This document shows, in pieces, positions 39,197-47,877 of a DNA stretch of 64,000 nucleotides. Positions within the stretch are counted from its first letter, which is position 1. Every line of letters begins with the position of its first letter. The DNA is taken from NCBI GenBank assembly GCA_027320085.1, contig DAHVLZ010000038.1, forward strand, positions 83,786 to 147,785, written 5' to 3'. The stretch comes from Pseudomonadota bacterium. Its GTDB lineage: Bacteria > Pseudomonadota > Gammaproteobacteria > JAKAQQ01. Position numbers and translations under genes: made by a program. Below the pieces are notes generated by a model. That model was given only the letters and a program-made list of their open reading frames with translations. It made no database searches and had not been told where the DNA came from.

Positions 39197-39747
39197 AGAA
39201 AAAGTCGCGCTACCTGATCGGGGTGATCCCGCTCGTCTTGGTGGCCGGGCTGTTGGTCGCGCTTTGGGCGGGCCTATCACACCAACCTTCGATCATTCCC
39301 TCCCCCCTGATCGGAAGACCCGCCCCACCCCTGACCTTGCCCCGACTGGCCCATCCGGACCGCCAGGTGACCCGCCTGGTTTTCAAAAACCATGTCACGC
39401 TGCTTAATGTCTGGGCGAGCTGGTGTGTTTCCTGCCAGTATGAACACTCGACCCTGCTTTGGCTCCAGCGGCATGGAGTCCGGATCATCGGCCTTGATTA
39501 CAAGGATCACCGTATCCCGGCCTTGGCCTATCTCAAAAAATATGGCAACCCCTATGTGCAGGTGGCCTATGACCGGAGGGGGCTCGCCACCATCAATTGG
39601 GGGGTCTACGGTACGCCGGAAACCTTCGTGGTGGGACCTCACGGCCACATCCGTTACAAGTACGTGGGCCCGATTCCCCAGCCTGTGGCCCGGCGGACCA
39701 TTCTTCCGCTGGTGCAACGGCTCAGGCTTGACGAATCGGTATCATGA
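39193..39747 (+). CDS. ccmG: Thiol:disulfide oxidoreductase DsbE
   Basis: NVWASWCVSC, GVYGTPETF. Confidence 0.95.
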   Translation: MKKKSRYLIGVIPLVLVAGLLVALWAGLSHQPSIIPSPLIGRPAPPLTLPRLAHPDRQVTRLVFKNHVTLLNVWASWCVSCQYEHSTLLWLQRHGVRIIGLDYKDHRIPALAYLKKYGNPYVQVAYDRRGLATINWGVYGTPETFVVGPHGHIRYKYVGPIPQPVARRTILPLVQRLRLDESVS

Positions 39748-40178
39748 ACCGGATCCGCATTTTGCCTGTCTTGCTTATGGCATTCCTTCTGGCCAATGCC
39801 GCCCGTGCCGTCGAAAATCACCCGCCTCTCGCCAATCCCGTCCTGGAACGGCGCTACCAGCACCTAACCGAGGAAATCCGCTGTCTGGTCTGCCAGGACC
39901 AGAATATTGCCAACTCACCGGCCCCCCTGGCCGCCAATCTGCGATATGAAGTCCGCCGACTGCTCTTTGCGGGAGCCACCAACGCGGCCATCAAGCGCTA
40001 CCTGACCCGTCGCTACGGGGATTTCGTGCTCTACAAGCCGCCCGTGCAGCCCGATACCTGGTTGCTCTGGTTTGGACCCTTCGCCCTCCTGCTGATTGGC
40101 CTGACCATGATCCTGTTGCTCATCCGCCAGAAAAGCAGGTTGTACAAGCGCGAACACGGGAGGACACCGGCGTCATGA
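39744..40178 (+). CDS. ccmH: Cytochrome c biogenesis protein
   Basis: IRCLVCQ, RYGDFVLYKP. Confidence 0.95.
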   Translation: MNRIRILPVLLMAFLLANAARAVENHPPLANPVLERRYQHLTEEIRCLVCQDQNIANSPAPLAANLRYEVRRLLFAGATNAAIKRYLTRRYGDFVLYKPPVQPDTWLLWFGPFALLLIGLTMILLLIRQKSRLYKREHGRTPAS

Positions 40179-41392
40179 TTTTCCTTTTGATAGCCGTCCT
40201 GATGACCGTCCTGGCCGGGCTGATTGTGGCCTGGCCGCTCCGACATGCCCGGCGAGTGTCCGGAACGGCTGACGAGGATTTCAAGCAGTCCCTAAGGCAG
40301 CACACCCTTCGCGAGCTGGCTGAGGAGGTGACCAGTGGGGATCTCAGTCCGTCTGAGCTGGATTGGGCTCGCCAGGACGCGTTGCGCAATATCGAGATTC
40401 CAACCGCCGGGAGCAGTCGGGCAACTGTCAAAGTTCTACACCGGGTTCGGACCCCAGCCTGGCCCTTTCTCCTGGTTCTTTTTATCGCCGCTCCGCTCCT
40501 CTTTCTCACCTGGGGCAACTGGCGAAGTGCAGTCCTGGGTGTGCGTGCCGCCAGCCGCTACAACCTGGACCGGGCCATCGACCACTTTGCCCTCCACCTG
40601 AAAAAGCATCCTGCGGATCTTGCGGGCTGGCGGCTCTATGCCCGGGCCCAGATCATGATGGGACATTATGCGCAAGCGGCGGAAGCCTATGCCACGATCC
40701 TCAAATTGCCGGGTCAACAACAATCGGCCTCTGCCCTCGCGGGTTACGGGGAGTGTCTGGTTCTCGAGCACCCCGATCTTCTGGATGCCACCGAAGACTC
40801 GATCTTCAACCGGGTTTTGGAACTACGGCCGGACAACTCGAAGGCACTTTGGTACGGCGGGCTTTTGGCCCTGATGGTCGGGCATGACCGGGCCCTGGCC
40901 CTCCAGCGCTTCCGGCAGCTGCTCGAGCTGGGCGGATTGCCTCCGGCCTTCACTCGTCTGGTTGAGGAACGGATCGTGGCTTTGGGGGGGGGCTTGCCGG
41001 TTTTGTGGGAACCTGAGGCGATCGGTTTCCGGATCGGCCGTGATCCTGCACTCGCCGGGGAAATCCGGGGCGGAACCCTGTTTGTCCTGGTCCGGACCGA
41101 CAACATGCACAGCGCGCCGCTCTGGGTGCGGCAGGTTCCCATGGAACGGCTGCCGGTGACGGTCCGCCTGGAGGCCCGGGATGCCATGCGAGCTCAAGCC
41201 CGCTTTGGGTCCGGACTCCACTACCTGCTGGAAGCCCGCTGGTCGCCAGCCAGGGGAGAGAATGCACTCTCCCGTGTTCGCTTCACCGCATCCCGTGTTG
41301 TGACCGGCAGGTCGCTCAAGGGCCATCCGGTCTTCCGCCTGAATTTCAAGGCAACCCCGCCACGGAGACCGGCGGGCTCCCCGACGCCCTGA
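40175..41392 (+). CDS. ccmI: Cytochrome c biogenesis TPR protein CcmI/CycH
   Basis: Two TM segments, TPR-like HPADLAGWRLYAR...A, PDNSKALWYGG, C-terminal Ig-like region. Confidence 0.82.
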   Translation: MIFLLIAVLMTVLAGLIVAWPLRHARRVSGTADEDFKQSLRQHTLRELAEEVTSGDLSPSELDWARQDALRNIEIPTAGSSRATVKVLHRVRTPAWPFLLVLFIAAPLLFLTWGNWRSAVLGVRAASRYNLDRAIDHFALHLKKHPADLAGWRLYARAQIMMGHYAQAAEAYATILKLPGQQQSASALAGYGECLVLEHPDLLDATEDSIFNRVLELRPDNSKALWYGGLLALMVGHDRALALQRFRQLLELGGLPPAFTRLVEERIVALGGGLPVLWEPEAIGFRIGRDPALAGEIRGGTLFVLVRTDNMHSAPLWVRQVPMERLPVTVRLEARDAMRAQARFGSGLHYLLEARWSPARGENALSRVRFTASRVVTGRSLKGHPVFRLNFKATPPRRPAGSPTP

Positions 41393-41408
41393 GCGGTAGG
41401 CGAAAGCG

Positions 41409-42317
41409 ATGGAATACCAGGATTACTACCAGATTTTGGGAGTCAAGCGGGATGCTTCGGTCGACGAGATCAAGCGGGTTTACCGGAAGCTGGCCAGAAA
41501 ATACCACCCGGATGTTTCAAAAGAGCCCGGAGCGGAGGAACGCTTCAAGAACATTTCCATGGCGTATGAAGTGCTCAGCAACCCGGAAAAAAAGAAGGCC
41601 TATGACCAGCTCGGCAGTTACCAGCCGGGACAGAACTTCAAGCCGCCTCCTGATTGGGAACGACGTTACGGCGGGGGTGGGGACTTCAGCGGCATGTCCT
41701 TTTCGGACCTGTTCGAGCAGATTTTTTCGGGTTTCGGGGCGAATCCGGGGAATTCCGGTTTCCGGACGGAAGATGGGGCCCGTATGAAAGCCCCGCCGGC
41801 CTTCCAGGCCGAGGTGGAAATCACCCTGGAGGAAGCCTCAAGGGGGACCGAGCGGGTTTTCGAGATCGACGGGCGGAAAATCAGGATCCGGATTCCCAAG
41901 GGTGCGCACAATGGCCAGAAACTGAGGGTCCCCATCCGCTCCCGGCGTGGCTGGAACCGGATGTCGGGAGGAGGGGATCTTCAGATCACCATCCGTCTCC
42001 TGCCCCATCCGTTGTTCCGTCCGGTCGATGACCACCTCGAGATGGAAGTCCCGATCACCCCGGCGGAAGCCGTGTTGGGTACAGAGGTTGAGACCCCAAC
42101 CTTTGCCGGACGCGTTCGTCTCCGGATTCCGCCGGCGACAAGTTCGGGACAAAGTTTCCGGCTGGAAAAGAAAGGGATGACGAAGCCATCCGGGGAGGCC
42201 GGTGACCTTTGGGTGCGGGTGAAGATTGTGGCGGAGAAACCCCACTCGGAGCGGGAACGGCAGCTGTACGAGGAACTCAGGAGGATTCAGGGCACAAAGA
42301 TTAGACAGAACTTCTAA
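41409..42317 (+). CDS. Class B J-domain protein (CbpA-like)
   Basis: DYYQILGV, KYHPD, G/F region, DnaJ C-terminal domain, no Zn finger. Confidence 0.92.
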   Translation: MEYQDYYQILGVKRDASVDEIKRVYRKLARKYHPDVSKEPGAEERFKNISMAYEVLSNPEKKKAYDQLGSYQPGQNFKPPPDWERRYGGGGDFSGMSFSDLFEQIFSGFGANPGNSGFRTEDGARMKAPPAFQAEVEITLEEASRGTERVFEIDGRKIRIRIPKGAHNGQKLRVPIRSRRGWNRMSGGGDLQITIRLLPHPLFRPVDDHLEMEVPITPAEAVLGTEVETPTFAGRVRLRIPPATSSGQSFRLEKKGMTKPSGEAGDLWVRVKIVAEKPHSERERQLYEELRRIQGTKIRQNF

Positions 42318-42550
42318 ATAAAAGCATATTTTATTGATTAACAATAGCAAATTCTTGAAACTTTCTTTTTTGGAAACTAAATTATCTACATTAGGAATAT
42401 TATATAAGTATATGTTATATATAAGTTTATTAAAAAAATAACGGCCATTGCGTCTGCTCCTTTTCTAGTCTAGATTTTGGGACACGGGGCGCCCGATTTT
42501 TTGGGCCTCCGGGTGGACTCCTTAAAATCAACTTGCTGGAGGAAAATTTG

Positions 42551-43126
42551 ATGAACAGTAGAAACTCCATCCTCTCGTCGATTGGCTTTTTTACGATCGG
42601 GCTCACGCTCTGGCTCACGGCACTCAAACCGGTGGGTTTTACGAATACCGACTTTGACATGGTCTTCGGAGGGCTCATCCTGGCGGTTGGTATCGTCCTT
42701 CTGATCCTCTCCATTTTGAGCGTGCAAGGCGGAGAACATGCCTTTGACGGACTCGTGTTTTTTGCCTTCAGCTTGATTGCCCTGATTTTTTCACTTCCGA
42801 ACTATTCACACGAAACCGGCTCCATGATGAATGCACCAGTCTTGGTCGGTTGGTTTTACCTGCTCTGGGCCTTTTTCTGGTTTTTCCTCTGGTTCGGTTC
42901 ACTGAAGAGCCATCCCTTCATGCACATGTTTTTCCTCCTCTTGGCCTGGTTGTCCACCTTCGCCATTGCCATTTTTGAGTACACGGGCACGCGGGGTTTT
43001 CTCACCGTCGGGGGATACCTCCAGTTGCTCTGGTCACTGGTTGCGATCTACATTTCGGCGGGATCAGCCCTTCATGCGCTTTGTGGGAAAAACTGCTTAC
43101 CCATGGGTGCCAAGAAGGCTTCCTGA
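42551..43126 (+). CDS. Divergent SatP/YaaH (GPR1/FUN34) family six-TM transporter
   Basis: FGG in TM2, VGWFYLLWAFF, VGGYLQL...AIYISA, C-terminal LPMG. Confidence 0.68.
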   Translation: MNSRNSILSSIGFFTIGLTLWLTALKPVGFTNTDFDMVFGGLILAVGIVLLILSILSVQGGEHAFDGLVFFAFSLIALIFSLPNYSHETGSMMNAPVLVGWFYLLWAFFWFFLWFGSLKSHPFMHMFFLLLAWLSTFAIAIFEYTGTRGFLTVGGYLQLLWSLVAIYISAGSALHALCGKNCLPMGAKKAS

Positions 43127-43146
43127 GCATTCTGGGGCTTCGCGAT

Positions 43147-43172
43147 CCGGAGCCACCTTCCGGTGGCTCCGG
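43147..43172. terminator. Hairpin between convergent genes
   Basis: CCGGAGCCACC-TTCC-GGTGGCTCCGG, perfect 11-bp stem. Confidence 0.6.
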
Positions 43173-43182
43173 GGGGCGTTCC

Positions 43183-44001
43183 CTAGCGGAAACGGAAGTA
43201 GAGGCCGATCAGCTCATTCAGGCCGGATGCCTGGTCTACGAGCGGGCTCTGGCGGATGGCCGTGCCGTACCATTCGTACTCCAGTGCTCCCACCAAGGTG
43301 AAGTGGGAACCGAGTTCGAGGCCTCCATCGACGCCGATCAGCTCATTCAGGGCTGACCCGGGCGCATAGGAGGGATGTCGGGCATTGGCCTCACTTGCAG
43401 GAATGCCGAAGTAGTAGTTGATGAGATTTCCGCTTTCCCATTCGATCCCTGCCTTGGGGACCACGAAGAAACGGATGGCAGGGAAGATCGGCCAGTCTCC
43501 CGCCAGACGGGTGAACAGCGTGGCGCGGATTTTCTGGCCGTGGTTGCGCCCCAGAAGATCGGTGAGTACCGTGGTCCGGACTCCGAACCCCGGTTGGCGG
43601 TAGACAAGGTCCACACCCCCCATGGCCGAGGCCAGCCGTGGGGACAGTCCGTAGAATGTCGGGCTCATGTACCCGTCGTAATGCAGCAGTTCCGGTTCAG
43701 CTACGAGATCGATCGTCCAGTCCTTGGTCGGCTGCCAGAGGTGCCACCCGATCGTGAGGCCGTGCAGGTAGAACCCGTTTTGTGTGCTGACGTTGAAGAG
43801 GGGAATGAAGCGGCTCCACCGGGGCGCACCTTGGTAGGGCATCGCAAGGCTTACAAACCCCAGACCCAATGACCAGCCGGGTTCGTCCAGGTTGAAGTTC
43901 GTGACCGGGGGGGTGGCCTGGGACGGGGTCAGGCTTGCACAGAAAAGGAGGAGGAACAGGCAGATCCCGTGGGCGCGGTGGAATCGGATTTTGCGCTTCA
44001 T
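43183..44001 (-). CDS. MipA/OmpV family outer membrane protein
   Basis: WSLGLG...PYQG, NYYFGI, YAPG, IRQSPLVD, C-terminal aromatic beta-strand. Confidence 0.9.
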   Translation of the reverse strand: MKRKIRFHRAHGICLFLLLFCASLTPSQATPPVTNFNLDEPGWSLGLGFVSLAMPYQGAPRWSRFIPLFNVSTQNGFYLHGLTIGWHLWQPTKDWTIDLVAEPELLHYDGYMSPTFYGLSPRLASAMGGVDLVYRQPGFGVRTTVLTDLLGRNHGQKIRATLFTRLAGDWPIFPAIRFFVVPKAGIEWESGNLINYYFGIPASEANARHPSYAPGSALNELIGVDGGLELGSHFTLVGALEYEWYGTAIRQSPLVDQASGLNELIGLYFRFR

Positions 44002-44010
44002 GGCCCTACC

Positions 44011-44973
44011 TCAGAAAGTCTCATGCAGGCCGACCATAAAGCCGCCTGGCAATAACCCGAGAACGAAAGGTTGCTTTTCCTCGTGGGCGTAGATGCCCCA
44101 GGCGGTACCAATGGCCCAACCGGCGATCACGTCCGTCTGCCAGTGACCGCGGGCCCGCATCCGGCCCAGGGCATCGTAGAGGGGTAGCACTTCGAGACCC
44201 CAGACCCAGGGATTTTGGGGAGCATATTCGGCAATGAAGGGGGTAACAAAGCTGGCTTGGAACGCCACTTCGCCACTCGGGAAACTCTGACAGCAGTTAC
44301 CCTGGAAAAAGTCGTGAGGGTTCGATGACTGGAAGGGCCGGGCCCGGCTGAATGCATACTTGAGGGCCGTGGTCGTGATGGCCGTGAAGAGGGATGAGTC
44401 GAGGGCCTGCCAGAAAGTTCGACCCAACCGGCTTCGCCCGCCCAACCAGAGCGCACCGGCTCCCTCGATCGCCATGACGCCATGCTCGAGGTCCAGCTGG
44501 TAGCTGCGCTGCCACATGCCGGGGGCATCGTTGGGGGGATAACGGTGATCCAGGAAGGAACTGGCCGTCAAGGCAAAAAGCGGGGACAGTGCAACCGTCC
44601 ATTCAACGAGATGGGCGGCACTCTTGCGTGAATGGATCCAGAGGAAGGAAGGTTTGCGGGAGGGATCGATCCGGCGGCCCGACGGTTCTGCCCACGCTCT
44701 CGAGGATGAACCGAGAGGGGTGGGGATTCGGGAGGAGTGGACCGCCCACAGCGAGCCTGAGAGACCGGATGGGCGTTCCGAGAAAGACCTTGGCAGGGGT
44801 AGCCACAGATGCGCCTGGCGGGTTGGATCCCGCAGTTTTTGCCATGGATTGGTCCGGGCCAGAAGGGCAGAGCCGAGATACGGCCCCCCGGTCATGGGGG
44901 CGCAGAGGGGAGCCCTCACCAGCAGGAGTGGGAAAATTGCAAGCGACCATCCGGCCCCGTGTCTCAGCTTCAT
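44011..44973 (-). CDS. PAP2 superfamily phosphatase
   Basis: KYAFSRARP (C1), SFPSGE (C2 variant), RMRARGHWQTDV (C3); start uncertain. Confidence 0.85.
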   Translation of the reverse strand: MKLRHGAGWSLAIFPLLLVRAPLCAPMTGGPYLGSALLARTNPWQKLRDPTRQAHLWLPLPRSFSERPSGLSGSLWAVHSSRIPTPLGSSSRAWAEPSGRRIDPSRKPSFLWIHSRKSAAHLVEWTVALSPLFALTASSFLDHRYPPNDAPGMWQRSYQLDLEHGVMAIEGAGALWLGGRSRLGRTFWQALDSSLFTAITTTALKYAFSRARPFQSSNPHDFFQGNCCQSFPSGEVAFQASFVTPFIAEYAPQNPWVWGLEVLPLYDALGRMRARGHWQTDVIAGWAIGTAWGIYAHEEKQPFVLGLLPGGFMVGLHETF

Positions 44974-45116
44974 CGCCAAACCCCCGGGTCAAAAAGAACT
45001 CCCCCACTCCGCTGTAAAGGTGGCAGCCGGATGAATGTGAGAAGCTCAGTCGATTTTCACTATAAAGCCAAACGGACAGGCTGGGTTACAACTACACGGT
45101 TATTTTTACGTCTTTT

Positions 45117-45923
45117 TTACGGGACCTGGGGAGGTGGGCCCGACGGCCGTTCCAGCACAAAAAGCCGACCCGTGATTCCCCGGCTCTCCGGACCCAAAAG
45201 ATAGAGGTAGCCTCCCGTCACTTCTTCCGGCTGTGACCAGGTGGAGGGAGGATGGCCGGGAAAGAGGGCGGCCACAAACTCAGTCGCGATCCATCCGGGA
45301 TCCACGGCATTGAATCGCAGGTGGGGACGGAACTCCATTTCGTCGGCGAGGATGCGCATCAGGTTTTCAACTCCAGCAGCCATGATTCCGTGCGCTGCGG
45401 CATAAGCCCGTGGCCGACGTCCCCATTCGGAGGTCGTGAACACGATGGAGGCGTCTTCCGATCGGGTCAAAAGTGGCAGGCAGGCCCGGGTCAACGCAAA
45501 GGGCGCCTGCAGGTTGACCTGCATCACTTCAACCCAAGCTTCGGGTGGATGGGTTTGCAGGGGGCCGTGGTATCCCAAAATCCCGGCATTGTGAAACAGA
45601 CCGTCCAGATGTCCGCACTGGGTCTCGAGCGCGTTTGCCAGATCCTCGAAATCCGCGACCGTGGCACCCCGGAAATCGATGGCCTGGAGCAGGGGAGGGG
45701 TCGCTCCTGCGGCGACGATCTCGTCGTGGAGCTTCGATAGTTCATCCGGGTTGGGACCGAGAAGCACCAGGTGGGCCTTTTCACGGGCCAAGGCCCGGGT
45801 GACGGCAGCCCCAATCCCACCGCCGGCACCACTGACCAGGATCCGCCGGTCGCGGAACGCGCCAGGGGGCGGGGTATAGACCGTGCCCAGGGGCACGGTT
45901 GGGAAGTTTGGGGTCTCGGTCAC
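45117..45923 (-). CDS. YciK-like short-chain dehydrogenase/reductase
   Basis: SGAGGGIG, LDGLFHNAG, VMQVNL, YLYLLGPES; GTG 45923 overlaps the upstream stop. Confidence 0.88.
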   Translation of the reverse strand: MTETPNFPTVPLGTVYTPPPGAFRDRRILVSGAGGGIGAAVTRALAREKAHLVLLGPNPDELSKLHDEIVAAGATPPLLQAIDFRGATVADFEDLANALETQCGHLDGLFHNAGILGYHGPLQTHPPEAWVEVMQVNLQAPFALTRACLPLLTRSEDASIVFTTSEWGRRPRAYAAAHGIMAAGVENLMRILADEMEFRPHLRFNAVDPGWIATEFVAALFPGHPPSTWSQPEEVTGGYLYLLGPESRGITGRLFVLERPSGPPPQVP

Positions 45924-46666
45924 AGGGCAGCCTTCCAGGCAGCCCATAGTGTAGCGGTAATCCCCGGACGTGTTGTTGGCCGGCGGGATGCCGGTTCGCG
46001 GAGGGATCGTTCCACCACGTCCAGTTGGAGGCGGGTCAGTGCGAGAGTCACGCGGAGTGGCCAGATGGAAGGCCTTCTGCGGAACGGAGCCAGATCGGCA
46101 TTCCCGTGTGCGAGCGCGCGCCGGGCCCGGTCGAGGAGCACGCCTGCCTCCGGGCCCGCTTTGCGGAAACTCCAGGTCGCCAACCAGTCGGCCAGAGCCA
46201 GGGTCGCAAACGTCATCTGGGGAAGGTCCGGGCCTGCACCGAGAAGGCTGGCCTCGAGGAAGAGGCCCCGCGATTCCCCCACAAGCCCAAGGAGCGATTC
46301 GGAAGCCAAACCGGGAGCGTCGGAGAGCGAACGGGTCGCGAGGAACCCCTCGAGGCATTTCTCCAGTCGGGCGGGGGCGAGAGTTTCATGAAGACCTTGG
46401 GCGACGAACAGTCGAGTCACCGGGTGGGTGGGCGATCCGCCCGCAAGTCGCCGGAGTTCTTCTGTCCACCACGCAAAGCGGTGGGACCATCCCTCCGGGT
46501 TCCGGACCGGGCGCGACAGGGTCTCCCACTCGGATTCCAGGGCAAAGACGGCGAGCAGGGATTGACGCCGGCTCGCCGGGGCCAGATGCACGATCATCGA
46601 TGCCCGGCTGCCCCAGGGGCGCAGTCGTTCCCGGCAGTACGCCACGTCATTGGGTGATGCCTCCAA
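45920..46666 (-). CDS. Squalene/phytoene synthase-fold protein lacking Asp-rich motifs
   Basis: YCRERL, LAVFAL, RFAWWTEELRRL...PTHPV, TLWAAWKA; TTG start inferred. Confidence 0.78.
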   Translation of the reverse strand: MEASPNDVAYCRERLRPWGSRASMIVHLAPASRRQSLLAVFALESEWETLSRPVRNPEGWSHRFAWWTEELRRLAGGSPTHPVTRLFVAQGLHETLAPARLEKCLEGFLATRSLSDAPGLASESLLGLVGESRGLFLEASLLGAGPDLPQMTFATLALADWLATWSFRKAGPEAGVLLDRARRALAHGNADLAPFRRRPSIWPLRVTLALTRLQLDVVERSLREPASRRPTTRPGITATLWAAWKAAL

Positions 46667-46770
46667 TGCCCGATCCGGTTGGTGGGAGCCTGGGTCCAGT
46701 ATAGGGGGATTGCGCCTTCTTCCTCTCGCGGAGGGATTGGGTACAATGCGGCGGGTAGACGGGCATACCC

Positions 46771-47877
46771 ATGATCCTCGCGTCACTTTCAGTTTTGATT
46801 TGGTTGTTTCTCCTGTTGTGGCCGGCACAGGCTTGGCGCATGAAGGAGGTGTTGACCGTCGATCCGGAGCGGACAGCAGAGGATTCCGTGACCGTCCTGA
46901 TCCCCGCGCGCAACGAGGCCGAGACGCTGCCGCTCACGCTGGATGCACTTTTCCGGCAGGAACTTGACCTCGGGGTCATGGTTTTGGACGATGGCTCGAC
47001 GGATGGAACCAGTGAGGCGGCTGCCCTGACCGGTTTGAAACTCTCGGTGGAAAAGGTTCCTGAAACTCCAGCCGGCTGGATGGGAAAGCTCTGGGCCCTG
47101 GAATGGGGGCTCAGGCGTGTCCAGACCGACTGGATCCTCCTTCTGGACGCTGATGTCACCCTGGAGCCCGGCACGCTGCCCTCCCTCCTGGAAAAAGCCC
47201 ACCAGGACAAGCTGGATTTCCTGTCCATCATGGCCTCACCCCGGGGCGGCGGGTTCTGGGACGGCTGGCTCATGCCGGTTTTCATCTACTTCTTCAAGTG
47301 GATCTATCCGTTCCGCCTATCCAACCGTCCGGGCTCGAAAGTGGCCGCGGGTGCAGGGGGGTGTATCCTCACCCGACGGGAGGTGTTGAAAACGGTTGGG
47401 GCCTTTGAAAGCCTGAGAGGTGCGATCATCGATGACTGTACGCTGGCTCGTCTGGTCAAGGAACAGGGATTGGGGACATGGGTCGGGGTGAGCCGGTCGG
47501 TTCGCATGCAGCGGCGGCATGGATTCGCTGAAATCTGGCAGATGGTGGCCCGCACAGCCTATACCCAGCTCAACTATTCTCCCCTTCTCCTCATGGCCTG
47601 TACCCTGGCCTTGGTTGCGGTTTACTGGGCCCCTCCACTCCTGTTCGGGATACTCAAAACCCAGGCGGCCCTCGTCGCAGGGCTGGCCTGGGTGCTCATG
47701 ACGATCAGTATGATTCCCACGGCTCGCCTCTACGGCCAGTGGCGTCTTTCTGGCCTGTTTCTTCCGGTTGCTGCCCTGCTTTTTCTCGCCATGACCTGGT
47801 ATTCGGCTTTCCGGTATGCACTGGGCACCCGGACCCAATGGAAGGGCCGTCGTTACCCACGTCAGGATTGTTCATGA
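46771..47877 (+). CDS. GT2 glycosyltransferase, HpnB-like (hopanoid-associated)
   Basis: IPARNEA, DDGSTDGT, GWMGKLWA, LDAD, AGAGGC, IIDDC, MVARTAYTQL, WKGR. Confidence 0.88.
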   Translation: MILASLSVLIWLFLLLWPAQAWRMKEVLTVDPERTAEDSVTVLIPARNEAETLPLTLDALFRQELDLGVMVLDDGSTDGTSEAAALTGLKLSVEKVPETPAGWMGKLWALEWGLRRVQTDWILLLDADVTLEPGTLPSLLEKAHQDKLDFLSIMASPRGGGFWDGWLMPVFIYFFKWIYPFRLSNRPGSKVAAGAGGCILTRREVLKTVGAFESLRGAIIDDCTLARLVKEQGLGTWVGVSRSVRMQRRHGFAEIWQMVARTAYTQLNYSPLLLMACTLALVAVYWAPPLLFGILKTQAALVAGLAWVLMTISMIPTARLYGQWRLSGLFLPVAALLFLAMTWYSAFRYALGTRTQWKGRRYPRQDCS

